A stretch of DNA of 64,000 bases from an uncultured Marinilabiliaceae bacterium. Its GTDB lineage: Bacteria; Bacteroidota; Bacteroidia; Bacteroidales; VadinHA17. The position numbers and the translations under genes are program-made. How positions within the stretch are numbered: the first letter of the stretch is position 1; every line of letters starts with the position of its first letter. The notes beneath the pieces are model-generated. The model was not told where the DNA came from. It made no database searches and saw nothing but the letters and a program-made list of their open reading frames with translations. The DNA is taken from NCBI GenBank assembly GCA_942491535.1, contig CALOBV010000012.1, positions 137,774 through 201,773 of the forward strand. The letters run 5' to 3'. Below, in pieces: positions 39,043 through 49,244 of the stretch.

Positions 39043-41421
39043 ATGATCAAGAACTTCATTAAGATTGCTATGCGCAGTCTGTTAAAACACAAATCATCGA
39101 CGATAATAAATATCACCGGATTAGCGATTGGCCTGGCTGCCACAATTATGATACTGATGTGGATCCAGCAGGAGTTAAGCTATGATAAATTTTTTACGGA
39201 TGCTGATCTCCTGTACAGGGTAGAACAGGATCAGAGCTATGGCGAAGGCGATCCCTATCACGTAAATGTAACACCTGTACCCAGCGGACCCGTATGGAAG
39301 TCCGATATTGCTGAGATTACAGATGCTACAAGAACAATGTATCTCCCAAGGCTTCTCTTTGAGAAGGATGATCTTATCATTTATGAATCGGGTGTCAGAG
39401 GAGTTGATTCAACCTTTTTCAGGATGTTTGATTTTAACTTTAAATATGGCGAGCCTGGAACAGCCCTGAACGAACCTCATTCTATCGTAATAACTGAAGA
39501 ACTTGCGGAAAAATATTTTGGAGACGAAAACCCAATTGGGAAACAGCTAACTATTGAGAGAGAGGCGGAATTTCTTGTAACAGGGGTCCTTGAAAAACTG
39601 CCCGATAACACAATACATAATTTTGATGCTGTTTTACCATTTGAATTTCTGTATGAGATTGGCGTGGCAAATGACGATAGCTGGGGCTCAAATTCTATTA
39701 TCACTTACGTGAAGCTTGTTAATAATGCTAACCTGGAAGATGTCGGGAAAAAAATCACAGATGTAATCACAGAACACAGGGAGAGATCCACCACCCAGTT
39801 TATGGTTAATCCCGTAACACGGATAAGGCTTCATGGTTATTTCGGATTTGCAAAACCAGTAGGAGCAATAATATATATCTATATATTTGGGGCAATATCC
39901 CTGTTTGTGCTTGTTATTGCATGTATCAATTTTATTAACCTCTCAACGGCAAGATCAGCGAACAGGTCAAAAGAGATTGGGATTAAGAAAGTATCAGGGG
40001 CACTCAGTGGATCTATCAGGACACAGTTCCTTATAGAATCGGTTTTCCAGGTCTTTATTGCTCTTATACTTGCTCTTATACTGGTAGGTCTTTTAATGAG
40101 TGTCTTTAATACTATCTCCGGGAAAAATTTTACAGTCTCAGATTTGTTTAAGCTGGAGTATATTGCCGGCTATGTACTTCTGTCTCTTTTTACAGGTATT
40201 ATCGCCGGTCTGTATCCCTCTTTCTACCTGGCTTCATTTAAACCACTGGATGTTCTGAAAGGAGAGCGATCTGGCGGATCAAAAAGCGGAAGGCTGAGAA
40301 AAATACTTGTAATAGTACAGTTTGTGTTGTCAATTTTTCTTGCTACAAGTGGTCTGGTTATTTATTCACAGGTAAAATACATGCGGGATATTGATATTGG
40401 ATATGATAAGGATAATACTATTAGAATATCAATGTCTGAAAATATGCAACCCGACTACGCACTATTAAAGACCGAATTGGAAAGACATCCGCTTATTGAT
40501 GGTGTTTCAGCAACAATGTCGATGCCACACAATATGGGAAGTAACTCCGGAGGTTCAGACTGGGAGGGAAAAGATCCTGAGAAACAAGTCCTTATCGGGT
40601 TTAATGGTATAGACTATGGATATGTCTCTACTATGGGAATTAATATGAAATATGGCAGAGCATTTACAGAAGACTATGAAGGAGATAAGCTTACAGATTC
40701 TACTGCTAATTTTATAATAAATGAAGAAGTAGCCAGGCTAATGGGAAAAGAAAATCCGGTTGGTTTGAGATTCGATTTTGCAGGTTTTTCAGGAACCATT
40801 ATTGGAGTAATGGAAAACTTTTATTTTAAGCCTGCAAGCGAGGTAATTGAACCGATGGCATTTATATGTGCTCCGTTACCTTATCTTCAACATATTGTAG
40901 TTAGAATAAATCCTCAGAACAGGGAAGAAGCTCTTGCTGCACTGGATGAGATATGGGCAAAAGTAATACCAAACTACCCTCTTGATTACAGGCTTATTGC
41001 AGATGAAGTTGATGGACTATATGTTGCGGAAACCCGTATGGGTGACCTGTTTAAATATTTTACTTTTCTTGCAATATTGCTTGCATCTCTCGGACTTTAT
41101 GGTTTATCATCTTTTATCGCAGAACAGAGAACAAAAGAGATTGGAATAAGAAAAGTTATGGGTGCCTCTGTTGGTAAGGTGGTCAGTGGTCTGACAAAGG
41201 AATTTATATTTCTCGTTATGCTGGCTCTTGTTGTTGGTCTTCCCCTGGCGTGGATCTATATGAACAAATGGTTGGCCGACTTCCCATATAAGGAGGGAAT
41301 TGACGCACTACTTTTTGTACTTGTAGCTATTGGGTCTCTGTCTATTGCTGCAATAGCAGTGAGTTTCCAGTCCTTCAGAGCAGGAAGAACCAATCCGGCA
41401 GACACTTTAAGAACTGAATAA
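39043..41421 (+). CDS. FtsX/MacB-like ABC transporter permease (duplicated architecture)
   Basis: MIKNFIKIAMRSLLKHK, IACINFINL..RSKEIGIKK, EQRTKEIGIRKVMGA. Confidence 0.92.
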   Translation: MIKNFIKIAMRSLLKHKSSTIINITGLAIGLAATIMILMWIQQELSYDKFFTDADLLYRVEQDQSYGEGDPYHVNVTPVPSGPVWKSDIAEITDATRTMYLPRLLFEKDDLIIYESGVRGVDSTFFRMFDFNFKYGEPGTALNEPHSIVITEELAEKYFGDENPIGKQLTIEREAEFLVTGVLEKLPDNTIHNFDAVLPFEFLYEIGVANDDSWGSNSIITYVKLVNNANLEDVGKKITDVITEHRERSTTQFMVNPVTRIRLHGYFGFAKPVGAIIYIYIFGAISLFVLVIACINFINLSTARSANRSKEIGIKKVSGALSGSIRTQFLIESVFQVFIALILALILVGLLMSVFNTISGKNFTVSDLFKLEYIAGYVLLSLFTGIIAGLYPSFYLASFKPLDVLKGERSGGSKSGRLRKILVIVQFVLSIFLATSGLVIYSQVKYMRDIDIGYDKDNTIRISMSENMQPDYALLKTELERHPLIDGVSATMSMPHNMGSNSGGSDWEGKDPEKQVLIGFNGIDYGYVSTMGINMKYGRAFTEDYEGDKLTDSTANFIINEEVARLMGKENPVGLRFDFAGFSGTIIGVMENFYFKPASEVIEPMAFICAPLPYLQHIVVRINPQNREEALAALDEIWAKVIPNYPLDYRLIADEVDGLYVAETRMGDLFKYFTFLAILLASLGLYGLSSFIAEQRTKEIGIRKVMGASVGKVVSGLTKEFIFLVMLALVVGLPLAWIYMNKWLADFPYKEGIDALLFVLVAIGSLSIAAIAVSFQSFRAGRTNPADTLRTE

Positions 41422-41422
41422 G

Positions 41423-41510
41423 TAAGATAAAAGACAAAAGTATAAAGTTAAAAGTCATTTAATCAGAGAGTTGGAATATAAACTTTTGTCTTTTCCCTTT
41501 TGTCTTTAGG
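41423..41510. repeat. inverted pair of 7-mer tracts between convergent genes
   Basis: taagata aaagaca aaagtat aaagtta aaagtca ... cttttgt cttttcc cttttgt cttta. Confidence 0.55.
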
Positions 41511-41973
41511 AGAACTGTTTCCCGGATATAGAATCAATATCCAATCGTAAAATGGTGGTCTTAAGCATTGTGCCGGGTTTAAAGGTATAATTATCTTTCC
41601 CGGTATAGTGCTTCATCAGGCAGTTTAGTCCTATGTTTCTCTCTTCTTCGTCCTTTACAATATATATTTTCCCCGTACCCATAACCGAGCTGTACAGCAT
41701 TGAGTAGTCGCAGGCAGCATCGCCATCGGTAAGGATATGATCGGTGTCCATCTCAAAACACACATTATTGTTTTTAGCTATTATATCTATCTTTCTTCCT
41801 CTGGTGGCACAATGAAAATATAAGCATGAAGGATCCCCTTTCATATACCCGAAGTTAAGAGGTACAATATAGGGCATGTTGTTATCTGAAAGACCGATCC
41901 GGCAGACATCACACCTGGAAATTATCTCCTCAATTACCTGATTATCTTTTATTTCTCTCTCTTTTCTTCTCAT
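41506..41973 (-). CDS. pyridoxamine 5'-phosphate oxidase-like (NimA-related) flavin-binding protein
   Basis: MRRKEREI...CRIGL...PYIVPLNFGY...YFHCA..GRKID...NVCFE. Confidence 0.88.
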   Translation of the reverse strand: MRRKEREIKDNQVIEEIISRCDVCRIGLSDNNMPYIVPLNFGYMKGDPSCLYFHCATRGRKIDIIAKNNNVCFEMDTDHILTDGDAACDYSMLYSSVMGTGKIYIVKDEEERNIGLNCLMKHYTGKDNYTFKPGTMLKTTILRLDIDSISGKQFS

Positions 41974-42029
41974 ATTATATGCAATTTACTTAGTATTCGA
42001 AATATATCACCTCGAATATCAAATGTCGC

Positions 42030-42383
42030 CTATCCAATAATATCCCAGAAATACTGAAATTCTATTGCCCTTCCATCGGGATCTAAGGCATAGAAGTGGT
42101 AGATCCTGTAATCGGGGTTATCAACCGGCCTGGCTTCTGCTATATCTTTGATTTTCTGATAGATCTTATCAACTCCATCCCTGTCAGGGTAAACAAAGGT
42201 AAGCAGCCCGCCGGTTTCAATCTTATCGCGCTGACAGAATCCGAAAAGCATATTGCCGAATTTATAAATCCTGCATCCTCCCTGGTCGAGCCACAGAGTG
42301 GCACCTATTAGATCAACATAAAACCTGTGGAGCTCTTCAAGATTTGTGGTCTGGTAGAATATTATTCCTCCATGTTCGTGCAT
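42030..42383 (-). CDS. VOC/glyoxalase family protein
   Basis: FYVDLIG...YHFYALDPDGRAIEFQ. Confidence 0.8.
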   Translation of the reverse strand: MHEHGGIIFYQTTNLEELHRFYVDLIGATLWLDQGGCRIYKFGNMLFGFCQRDKIETGGLLTFVYPDRDGVDKIYQKIKDIAEARPVDNPDYRIYHFYALDPDGRAIEFQYFWDIIG

Positions 42384-42592
42384 ACGATTAAAGATTATAA
42401 GATTATAATATTTTAAGATTAAAGATAGAAATTTAAGCGAGCTTTTCCGGCTTCACGATACATCTTCTAAAAGGATTATGAGATATAATCAAGGTATCTG
42501 TCTATATAATATCCCTCTACATCTATTTCATTTCAGATATGCCTGCCTTCTGATATACATTTGAAGTGGAAATCACAACAAAATTTAGAAAG

Positions 42593-43921
42593 ATGAAAGG
42601 ACATAAACTAATAATAACACTTTTTCTGATGGGACTTTCTTCTATCCTGGTTGCCCAGGATCTTAAGGTATGGACGCTTGAAGAATGTATTGATTATGCG
42701 CTTGAACAGAATATCCAGATAAGGAAATCTGAGGTGTCGAATCGTATTAATTCTGTAAACGTACTTCAGAGCAAAGCAGAGCAGATACCTTCTCTGGGTG
42801 CAAATGTGAGGCAAAGCTTCGACTGGATGAGCCAGGAAGACATTATAAGTGGAGAAGAGGAGTTTAATAATATAAATGGAACCAGTTACTCGATAAATTC
42901 CAGCATTACCTTGTTTAACGGTTTCAGGCTTAAGAATAATATCCAGGGTGCTGAGCTTGATTATGAAAAAGGACTATATGATTCTGAAGTAATAAAAGAA
43001 AGTATTACTGTAAGCATACTGGAAGCCTATCTTAATTTATTGTACTCTGATGAGCAGATTAAAAACAGTAATGAACAATTGGAGTCTACCAGGGAGCAAC
43101 TTAGATTGGCAGGAGAAAGGCTGAGTCTTGGTAGTATCTCACAAAGCGACTACCTGCAGGTAAAGAGCCAGCTATCCACTGAGGAATTGACCCTTGCAAA
43201 TGCAAACAGCCAGAATGCCATGGCCAGAGTTAATCTGATGCAACTGCTTGAGCTTCCTGTCGGCGAAGGTTTTGAAATAGCTATACCCGATCTTGACAGG
43301 TATATCCTTATAGAACTCGAACCTGATCCACAGGAGATTTATAACACGGCACTTCAGATAAAGCCACAGGTAAAAAGTGCTGAGCTGCAGGTTGAAGGAT
43401 CCCAGCTGAATGTAGAAGTAGCAAAGGCCGGATATATGCCTAGTCTATCTCTCGATGCCGGCCTGTCAACATCATATAGAGGCAGCAATGGTTCAGACAG
43501 CTATGCTATGCAGATTCAAAACAATATTAATCCGACTGTCGGCTTGAGCCTCTCCATCCCGATATTCAGCAACAGGCAGACAAAAAGCCAGGTTGAAGTA
43601 GCCCGACTGGGAATAGAAAATGCAGAGCTTGAGATGATTAATACTGGCAACCAGTTGAGGAAGGCTATTGAGCAGGTATGTGTTGATGTTAACTCTTCAG
43701 AATCTGAATATATGGCAAGTAAGCAGCAATATCTGGCCACAACAGAATCCTTCGAGGTGGCAACAGAAAAATATAAGCAGGGGATGATGAACTCGGTTGA
43801 TTACCTCTACGAGAAAACAAAGCTGATTGTATCAGAAAGCGAACTATTGCAATCAAAATACAATATGATTTACAATTATAAGATGCTTGATTATTACAGG
43901 GGAATACCCTTTACTCTTTAA
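42593..43921 (+). CDS. TolC family outer-membrane efflux protein
   Basis: WTLEECIDYALEQN; duplicated OEP repeats; YLPSLSL-type and LSLSIPIF motifs. Confidence 0.92.
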   Translation: MKGHKLIITLFLMGLSSILVAQDLKVWTLEECIDYALEQNIQIRKSEVSNRINSVNVLQSKAEQIPSLGANVRQSFDWMSQEDIISGEEEFNNINGTSYSINSSITLFNGFRLKNNIQGAELDYEKGLYDSEVIKESITVSILEAYLNLLYSDEQIKNSNEQLESTREQLRLAGERLSLGSISQSDYLQVKSQLSTEELTLANANSQNAMARVNLMQLLELPVGEGFEIAIPDLDRYILIELEPDPQEIYNTALQIKPQVKSAELQVEGSQLNVEVAKAGYMPSLSLDAGLSTSYRGSNGSDSYAMQIQNNINPTVGLSLSIPIFSNRQTKSQVEVARLGIENAELEMINTGNQLRKAIEQVCVDVNSSESEYMASKQQYLATTESFEVATEKYKQGMMNSVDYLYEKTKLIVSESELLQSKYNMIYNYKMLDYYRGIPFTL

Positions 43922-43923
43922 AT

Positions 43924-45219
43924 ATGAATACCAGAAATAAATATACAATGAAAAAGAAAAGACTTTATATCGGACTAGGACTGGCTACTACACTTGTCAC
44001 TGTCGTACTGATAGTGAATGCATGCCAGAAGAATAATAGCAACGTTACTTTCGAAACGGCAAAGGTGGAAAGAATGACAATTACCAATACGGTTTCTGCT
44101 ACAGGAACTCTTGAGGCTACAACAACTGTTGAGGTAGGCACCCAGGTTTCTGGTGTAATTGAGAAAATTCATGTTGATTTTAATTCGGTTGTAAAAAAGG
44201 GTCAGTTACTGGCAGAGATCGACCAGACTTCATTAAAGAGCAGTGTGGATGAAGCAGAGGCATCTCTTGATAACGCAAAGGCCGAGCTTGAGTATCAGGA
44301 ATCTACTTTTAAGAGAGTAAGTGCTCTTAGGGATAAGAAACTTGTTGCAGATGCAGATTATGACCTCGCCAAATATAATTATGATAAGTCCAAATCAAGT
44401 CTTAAGACAGCACAGGCACGCTATGATAAGGCAATTGTAAATCTGAATTATACAAGAATTTACTCTCCTATTGATGGTGTTATAATGAACAGGGCCGTTG
44501 ATGAAGGACAGACTGTTGCTGCAAGTTTTAACACTCCAACCCTTTTTTCAATAGCAAATGATCTTACACAGATGCAGGTTGAGGCAGATATTGACGAGGC
44601 TGATATTGGCATGGTTAAACAAGGGCAAAGGGTCGAATTCGAAGTTGATGCTTTCCAGGATGAGGTGTTCGATGGTAAAGTGCTGGAAGTGAGATTGCAG
44701 CCTGTTGAATCCTCAAATGTTATCACCTATACTGTAGTAATTGATGCTCCTAATCCGGACCATAAGCTTATGCCAGGAATGACGGCAAGTATTACTGCCT
44801 ATGTGGAGGAGGTGGACAATGTACTTGCAATTCCAGGCAAGGCATTAAGATTCACTCCAGACAGGGATGTGATGACAGCTTATATGAGTAAGCAGGAACC
44901 CGAGCCTGCAGGAAGGGTAATAGAAGGCCCAAAAGTGGTTGGTGGAATGCCTGCTGGTGGTGGAATGATGATGGGAGGAACTGATGAGATCTTAGCCGAA
45001 GATGAAAATATCATAAATGTATGGATAAAGGATAATGAAAAAATATACCCCAGGCGAATTGAAATAGGAGTATCCGATGGTTCTAATGTTGAAGTTCTGT
45101 CAGGACTTAATGAAGGCGATGAGCTAATAATTTCAATGAGTGCAGATATTAAAATTGCTAAAGCAGATGCAGAGACTTCAAGTACGTTTATGCCCCAGAG
45201 TCCTGGTGGAGGAAGGTAA
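43924..45219 (+). CDS. efflux periplasmic adaptor (MacA-like)
   Basis: TGTLEATTTVEVGTQVSG, IYSPIDGVI, PTLFSIANDL and KLMPGMTA motifs. Confidence 0.92.
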   Translation: MNTRNKYTMKKKRLYIGLGLATTLVTVVLIVNACQKNNSNVTFETAKVERMTITNTVSATGTLEATTTVEVGTQVSGVIEKIHVDFNSVVKKGQLLAEIDQTSLKSSVDEAEASLDNAKAELEYQESTFKRVSALRDKKLVADADYDLAKYNYDKSKSSLKTAQARYDKAIVNLNYTRIYSPIDGVIMNRAVDEGQTVAASFNTPTLFSIANDLTQMQVEADIDEADIGMVKQGQRVEFEVDAFQDEVFDGKVLEVRLQPVESSNVITYTVVIDAPNPDHKLMPGMTASITAYVEEVDNVLAIPGKALRFTPDRDVMTAYMSKQEPEPAGRVIEGPKVVGGMPAGGGMMMGGTDEILAEDENIINVWIKDNEKIYPRRIEIGVSDGSNVEVLSGLNEGDELIISMSADIKIAKADAETSSTFMPQSPGGGR

Positions 45220-45232
45220 AATAGGTATAAGA

Positions 45233-45973
45233 ATTAAAACGATAATAGAAATAAACAATTTGAAGAGAGACTTTCAGGTAGGCGAAGTTACCGTACATGC
45301 TCTCAGAGGTGTGGATCTGAAAATTGCAGAAGGAGAGTTTCTTGCAATTATGGGAACCAGTGGATCGGGTAAATCTACAATGTTAAATATCCTGGGGTGC
45401 CTTGACCGGCCTTCCGATGGAACTTACCTGCTAGACGGGACAGACACTAGTGTCATGACAAAGAATCAGCTGGCTACTCTTCGTAACCGTAAACTTGGGT
45501 TCGTGTTCCAGTCGTATAACCTGCTATCCAGAACTAGTGCCCTGGATAATGTTGAACTGCCCCTTCTTTATAATGCTGATGTGAGGTCAAAAGAGAGAAA
45601 GGAAAAGGCCGAGCATGCCCTGGAGTCGGTCGGGCTGAAAGACCGGATGCACCATATGCCTAATCAGTTATCAGGCGGGCAGCAACAGCGCGTGGCAATA
45701 GCCAGATCGTTGGTAAATGATCCACTGGTCATATTCGCCGATGAACCAACAGGAAACCTTGATACAAGAATGTCGTACGAGGTGATGTCGCTTTTCCAGG
45801 AGCTTAATGATAAAGGTAAGACTATCGTATTTGTTACTCACGAGAATGATATAGCTCTTTGTACCAACAGGAATGTTGTTTTTAGAGATGGCAATATTGT
45901 TAGGGAGGTAATAGTTGAGAAGAAGGTTGATGCAGCTCTCATGCTTGAGAGTATGCCTATTGAGGATAACTAG
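45233..45973 (+). CDS. ABC transporter ATP-binding protein (MacB NBD-like); start codon uncertain
   Basis: GTSGSGKST, LSGGQQQRVAIAR and ADEPTGNLD motifs. ATT sits where ATG is expected at 45233. Confidence 0.88.
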   Translation: MKTIIEINNLKRDFQVGEVTVHALRGVDLKIAEGEFLAIMGTSGSGKSTMLNILGCLDRPSDGTYLLDGTDTSVMTKNQLATLRNRKLGFVFQSYNLLSRTSALDNVELPLLYNADVRSKERKEKAEHALESVGLKDRMHHMPNQLSGGQQQRVAIARSLVNDPLVIFADEPTGNLDTRMSYEVMSLFQELNDKGKTIVFVTHENDIALCTNRNVVFRDGNIVREVIVEKKVDAALMLESMPIEDN

Positions 45974-45986
45974 AAAAGAATAAGTC

Positions 45987-47207
45987 ATGAATTATAAGAA
46001 TCTTTTAAAAATAGCTACTAATGCCCTGATGAGGAATAAATTCAGATCTTTCCTTACAATGCTTGGTATTATTATCGGTGTAGGTTCTGTTATTGCTATG
46101 CTGGCCATAGGACAGGGCTCTAAGCAAAGCATAACCGACCAGATCTCTGATATGGGGTCTAACCTTGTAATGGTTATGCCAGCTTCCAACAGGATGGGTG
46201 GTGTACAGATGGGTAATTCAAATACTCAAAGTATTGAAGTTAGCGATATTGACGCTATCCTGGAAGGATGTCCGTCGATAAGCATGGTATCTCCGGAAGT
46301 AAAAGGCAGCGGCCAGGTGGTATTTGGGAATGAGAACTGGCCAACGCAAATTTTCGGTGGTGACATAGAATTTCTTGATATTAAGAAACTCGGGGTGGAG
46401 AGTGGCAGGATGTTTACGGAGAAGGAAGTAAGTTCTTCATCAAAGGTATGCCTGATAGGAAAGACAATCCAGGAGGAGGTCTTTGGTCTGAACAGCGATC
46501 CCGTAGGACAGACTATCAGGTTTAAAAGCATTCCTTTTAAGGTAATAGGTGTCCTGGAAGAAAAGGGAAACAATACTTTTGGCCAGGACCAGGATGATAT
46601 TATGCTGGCACCGTATACAACCGTTCAGAAGAGGATCCTTGCTATAACACACCTGCAGACTATCCTCTGTTCAGCAGTCAGTGAAGAGGCTTCAGCTCAG
46701 GCTGAGATTGAGATAGAAGAGGTATTGAGAACAGAGCACAGGCTTTCCGAAGATGAGGAAAACGATTTTGAAGTAAGAAGCCAGCAGGAACTTGTTTCAA
46801 CATTTAGTTCAGTTAGTGATATCCTTACGGTATTATTGGGAGCCATATCAGGTATATCCTTACTGGTAGGGGGGATAGGCATAATGAATATAATGTATGT
46901 TTCTGTTACTGAGCGTACCCGTGAGATCGGATTAAGAATGTCTATTGGGGGCAAGGGCAGAGATATATTAATGCAATTCCTGATAGAATCAGTATTATTA
47001 AGTGTTCTGGGTGGCATACTGGGAATCCTCCTGGGTCTTGCGGGATCCCAGGTAGTAAGTATGGCAATGTCGTGGCCCGTGGTAGTGACAGTAAATTCTG
47101 TTATCCTGTCTTTTCTTGTGTGTACGGTAATCGGAGTGTTTTTTGGATGGTACCCGGCACGCAAGGCTTCTGAGCTTGATCCTATAGATGCCCTGAGGTA
47201 CGAATAA
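45987..47207 (+). CDS. MacB-type ABC permease
   Basis: RSFLTMLGIIIGV, LLVGGIGIMNIMYVSVTERTREIGLR and LDPIDALRYE motifs. Confidence 0.94.
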   Translation: MNYKNLLKIATNALMRNKFRSFLTMLGIIIGVGSVIAMLAIGQGSKQSITDQISDMGSNLVMVMPASNRMGGVQMGNSNTQSIEVSDIDAILEGCPSISMVSPEVKGSGQVVFGNENWPTQIFGGDIEFLDIKKLGVESGRMFTEKEVSSSSKVCLIGKTIQEEVFGLNSDPVGQTIRFKSIPFKVIGVLEEKGNNTFGQDQDDIMLAPYTTVQKRILAITHLQTILCSAVSEEASAQAEIEIEEVLRTEHRLSEDEENDFEVRSQQELVSTFSSVSDILTVLLGAISGISLLVGGIGIMNIMYVSVTERTREIGLRMSIGGKGRDILMQFLIESVLLSVLGGILGILLGLAGSQVVSMAMSWPVVVTVNSVILSFLVCTVIGVFFGWYPARKASELDPIDALRYE

Positions 47208-47280
47208 GACTTTATTTTGTGGTATTTAAGAAGTAAAACAATTAGTTTTGATTTATAATTCACTTAACAGGCATTTATTT

Positions 47281-48354
47281 ATGGAGAAGGGGAAGAAAAG
47301 ATCACCGGTAATCCTGCACCTGATAGGTTGGATAATACTCTTTATCCTTCCACAATTTATTCTGTTTATTCATACCGATGAATTAAGTAGCCGTTTTTTT
47401 TGGAGACTGGCTCCGACCACCCTGATTTTTGCCGGGGTGTTCTACCTCCATTACCTGGTGCTGATCCCGGCTATGATAAATGGTAAGAAAAAATGGTTAT
47501 ACCCAATTATCAGCCTGGCAGTGGTGGTTGGCCTGTTTGTGGGGATGAATTTACTTCTTAAAACTATTATGCCACGGACTGGTGATATTCAGGAACAGGT
47601 GCAGGAGCTCAGGCAGGAGAAGGAAAGACCCGATCGCAGAGGACCTGACCCAAGGAAGATGGCTGCTTATAACTATTTTATCCTTAATGCTCTGGCAATA
47701 GGTTTTGCCTACGTACTGAGGGTGAACGAGAAGGTAAGAGAAACAGAAAAATCTAAAAAGGAACTTGAAGAAGCTCACCTCAATTCAGAACTCGCATTCC
47801 TGAAGAACCAGATAAGCCCTCATTTCTTTTTTAACACACTCAATAATATTTACTCTTTGATAGAGCTCGACGGTAAAAGTTCGCAGGAAGCAGTGCTTAA
47901 TCTCTCAAAAATGATGCGCTACCTCTTGTATGAGTCTGAGCAGCAGGATACAACTCTTGGCGATGAGATTAATTTTATGAAGAATTATATTGGCCTGATG
48001 AAGTTAAGGGTTAGTGATAAGGTGAGTGTAAATGTCAGGTTTACAGAGAAATATAATGATCTTAAAATACCTCCGCTATTATTTATTCCTTTTATAGAAA
48101 ATGCATTTAAGCATGGTGTAAGCTTAACAGATGAATCTTATATAGATATCTCCCTTACGGCCAATAATAAGGAGTTAATGTTTACTTCGACCAACCCGGT
48201 AAACCTGTCAAAGGGAGATAAACCTGAAGTTGCTTCGGGTATTGGACTGGATAATGTTAAGAAAAGGCTTAAGCTTCTGATGAAAGACAGGTATAAGCTG
48301 ACAATTGATGATGGTGATGGTGTATTCAGAGTACTTCTAAAAATAGATATCTAA
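47281..48354 (+). CDS. LytS-type membrane sensor histidine kinase
   Basis: TM helices; LKNQISPHFFFNTLNNIY, PFIENAFKHG and GIGLDNVKKRL motifs. Confidence 0.92.
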   Translation: MEKGKKRSPVILHLIGWIILFILPQFILFIHTDELSSRFFWRLAPTTLIFAGVFYLHYLVLIPAMINGKKKWLYPIISLAVVVGLFVGMNLLLKTIMPRTGDIQEQVQELRQEKERPDRRGPDPRKMAAYNYFILNALAIGFAYVLRVNEKVRETEKSKKELEEAHLNSELAFLKNQISPHFFFNTLNNIYSLIELDGKSSQEAVLNLSKMMRYLLYESEQQDTTLGDEINFMKNYIGLMKLRVSDKVSVNVRFTEKYNDLKIPPLLFIPFIENAFKHGVSLTDESYIDISLTANNKELMFTSTNPVNLSKGDKPEVASGIGLDNVKKRLKLLMKDRYKLTIDDGDGVFRVLLKIDI

Positions 48355-48359
48355 GCGAT

Positions 48360-49073
48360 ATGATCAGGACTGTTGCCATAGACGATGAACCACTGGCTTT
48401 GAAGCTGATAAAGGGCTATATTGATAAAACTCCCTACCTGGAAATGGTGGAATGTTTTGAAAGCTCCGTTGAGGCACTAAGTTTTCTCTCGGGAGCAAAT
48501 ATTGACCTGATATTTCTGGATATCCAGATGCCGGATCTTACAGGTACGGAGCTGGCCCGGCTGATTGAAGGAGGATCGAGAATAATTTTTACCACTGCAT
48601 ATGAAAAATACGCACTGGAAGGCTTTAAGCTAAATGCTGTAGACTATCTTCTGAAACCATTCAGCTATGAGGAGTTTCTGAAAGCTGCCGGAAAGGCTCA
48701 AAAGATAATAGATCTTGAGCTGGGCGCTGCATCTGAAACCGAAGTGAAGGATGGATTCCTCTTTCTTAAGTCAGAATATAAAATACGAAGAATAAACTTT
48801 AAGGAGATACACTATATAGAGGGCCTGAAGGATTATGTAAAGGTATACCTGAGAGATGAGAAGAAACCTGTACTTTCACTCTCATCCCTCAAGGCTATGG
48901 AAAGTAAATTGCCGGCTAATATGTTTATGAGAGTTCACCGATCATATATAGTTAACCTTGATACGATTCACACTATTGAGCGTAGCAGGATTGTATTTGG
49001 AGAGCTTCGGATTGCAATTGGCGACCAGTATAAGGACAAGTTCCAGAAGTTTCTGGATAAGAACTTTTTGTAA
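48360..49073 (+). CDS. LytTR family response regulator
   Basis: IDDEPLA, FLDIQMP and FMRVHRSYIVN motifs. Confidence 0.94.
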   Translation: MIRTVAIDDEPLALKLIKGYIDKTPYLEMVECFESSVEALSFLSGANIDLIFLDIQMPDLTGTELARLIEGGSRIIFTTAYEKYALEGFKLNAVDYLLKPFSYEEFLKAAGKAQKIIDLELGAASETEVKDGFLFLKSEYKIRRINFKEIHYIEGLKDYVKVYLRDEKKPVLSLSSLKAMESKLPANMFMRVHRSYIVNLDTIHTIERSRIVFGELRIAIGDQYKDKFQKFLDKNFL

Positions 49074-49107
49074 TATTCCCCCGTACAGGTAAGCCATGAC
49101 GAGCTGT

Positions 49108-49234
49108 GTCATTCCGACAGAGCGAAGCGACGAGGAACCGAGAATTACGAGTTAGTCTCAAACGAGTGATTCAAGCTCGCCGAAGGCAATCTGTGAAAAG
49201 CTGCTTGCAGATCCCTCATTTCATTCGGGATGAC
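49108..49234. repeat. REP/MITE-like palindromic element between convergent genes
   Basis: Terminal arms GTCATTCCGA...TCGGGATGAC, with internal GAGCGAAGCGACGAGGAACC and GATCCCTC. Confidence 0.75.
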
Positions 49235-49244
49235 AGCTATCCAA

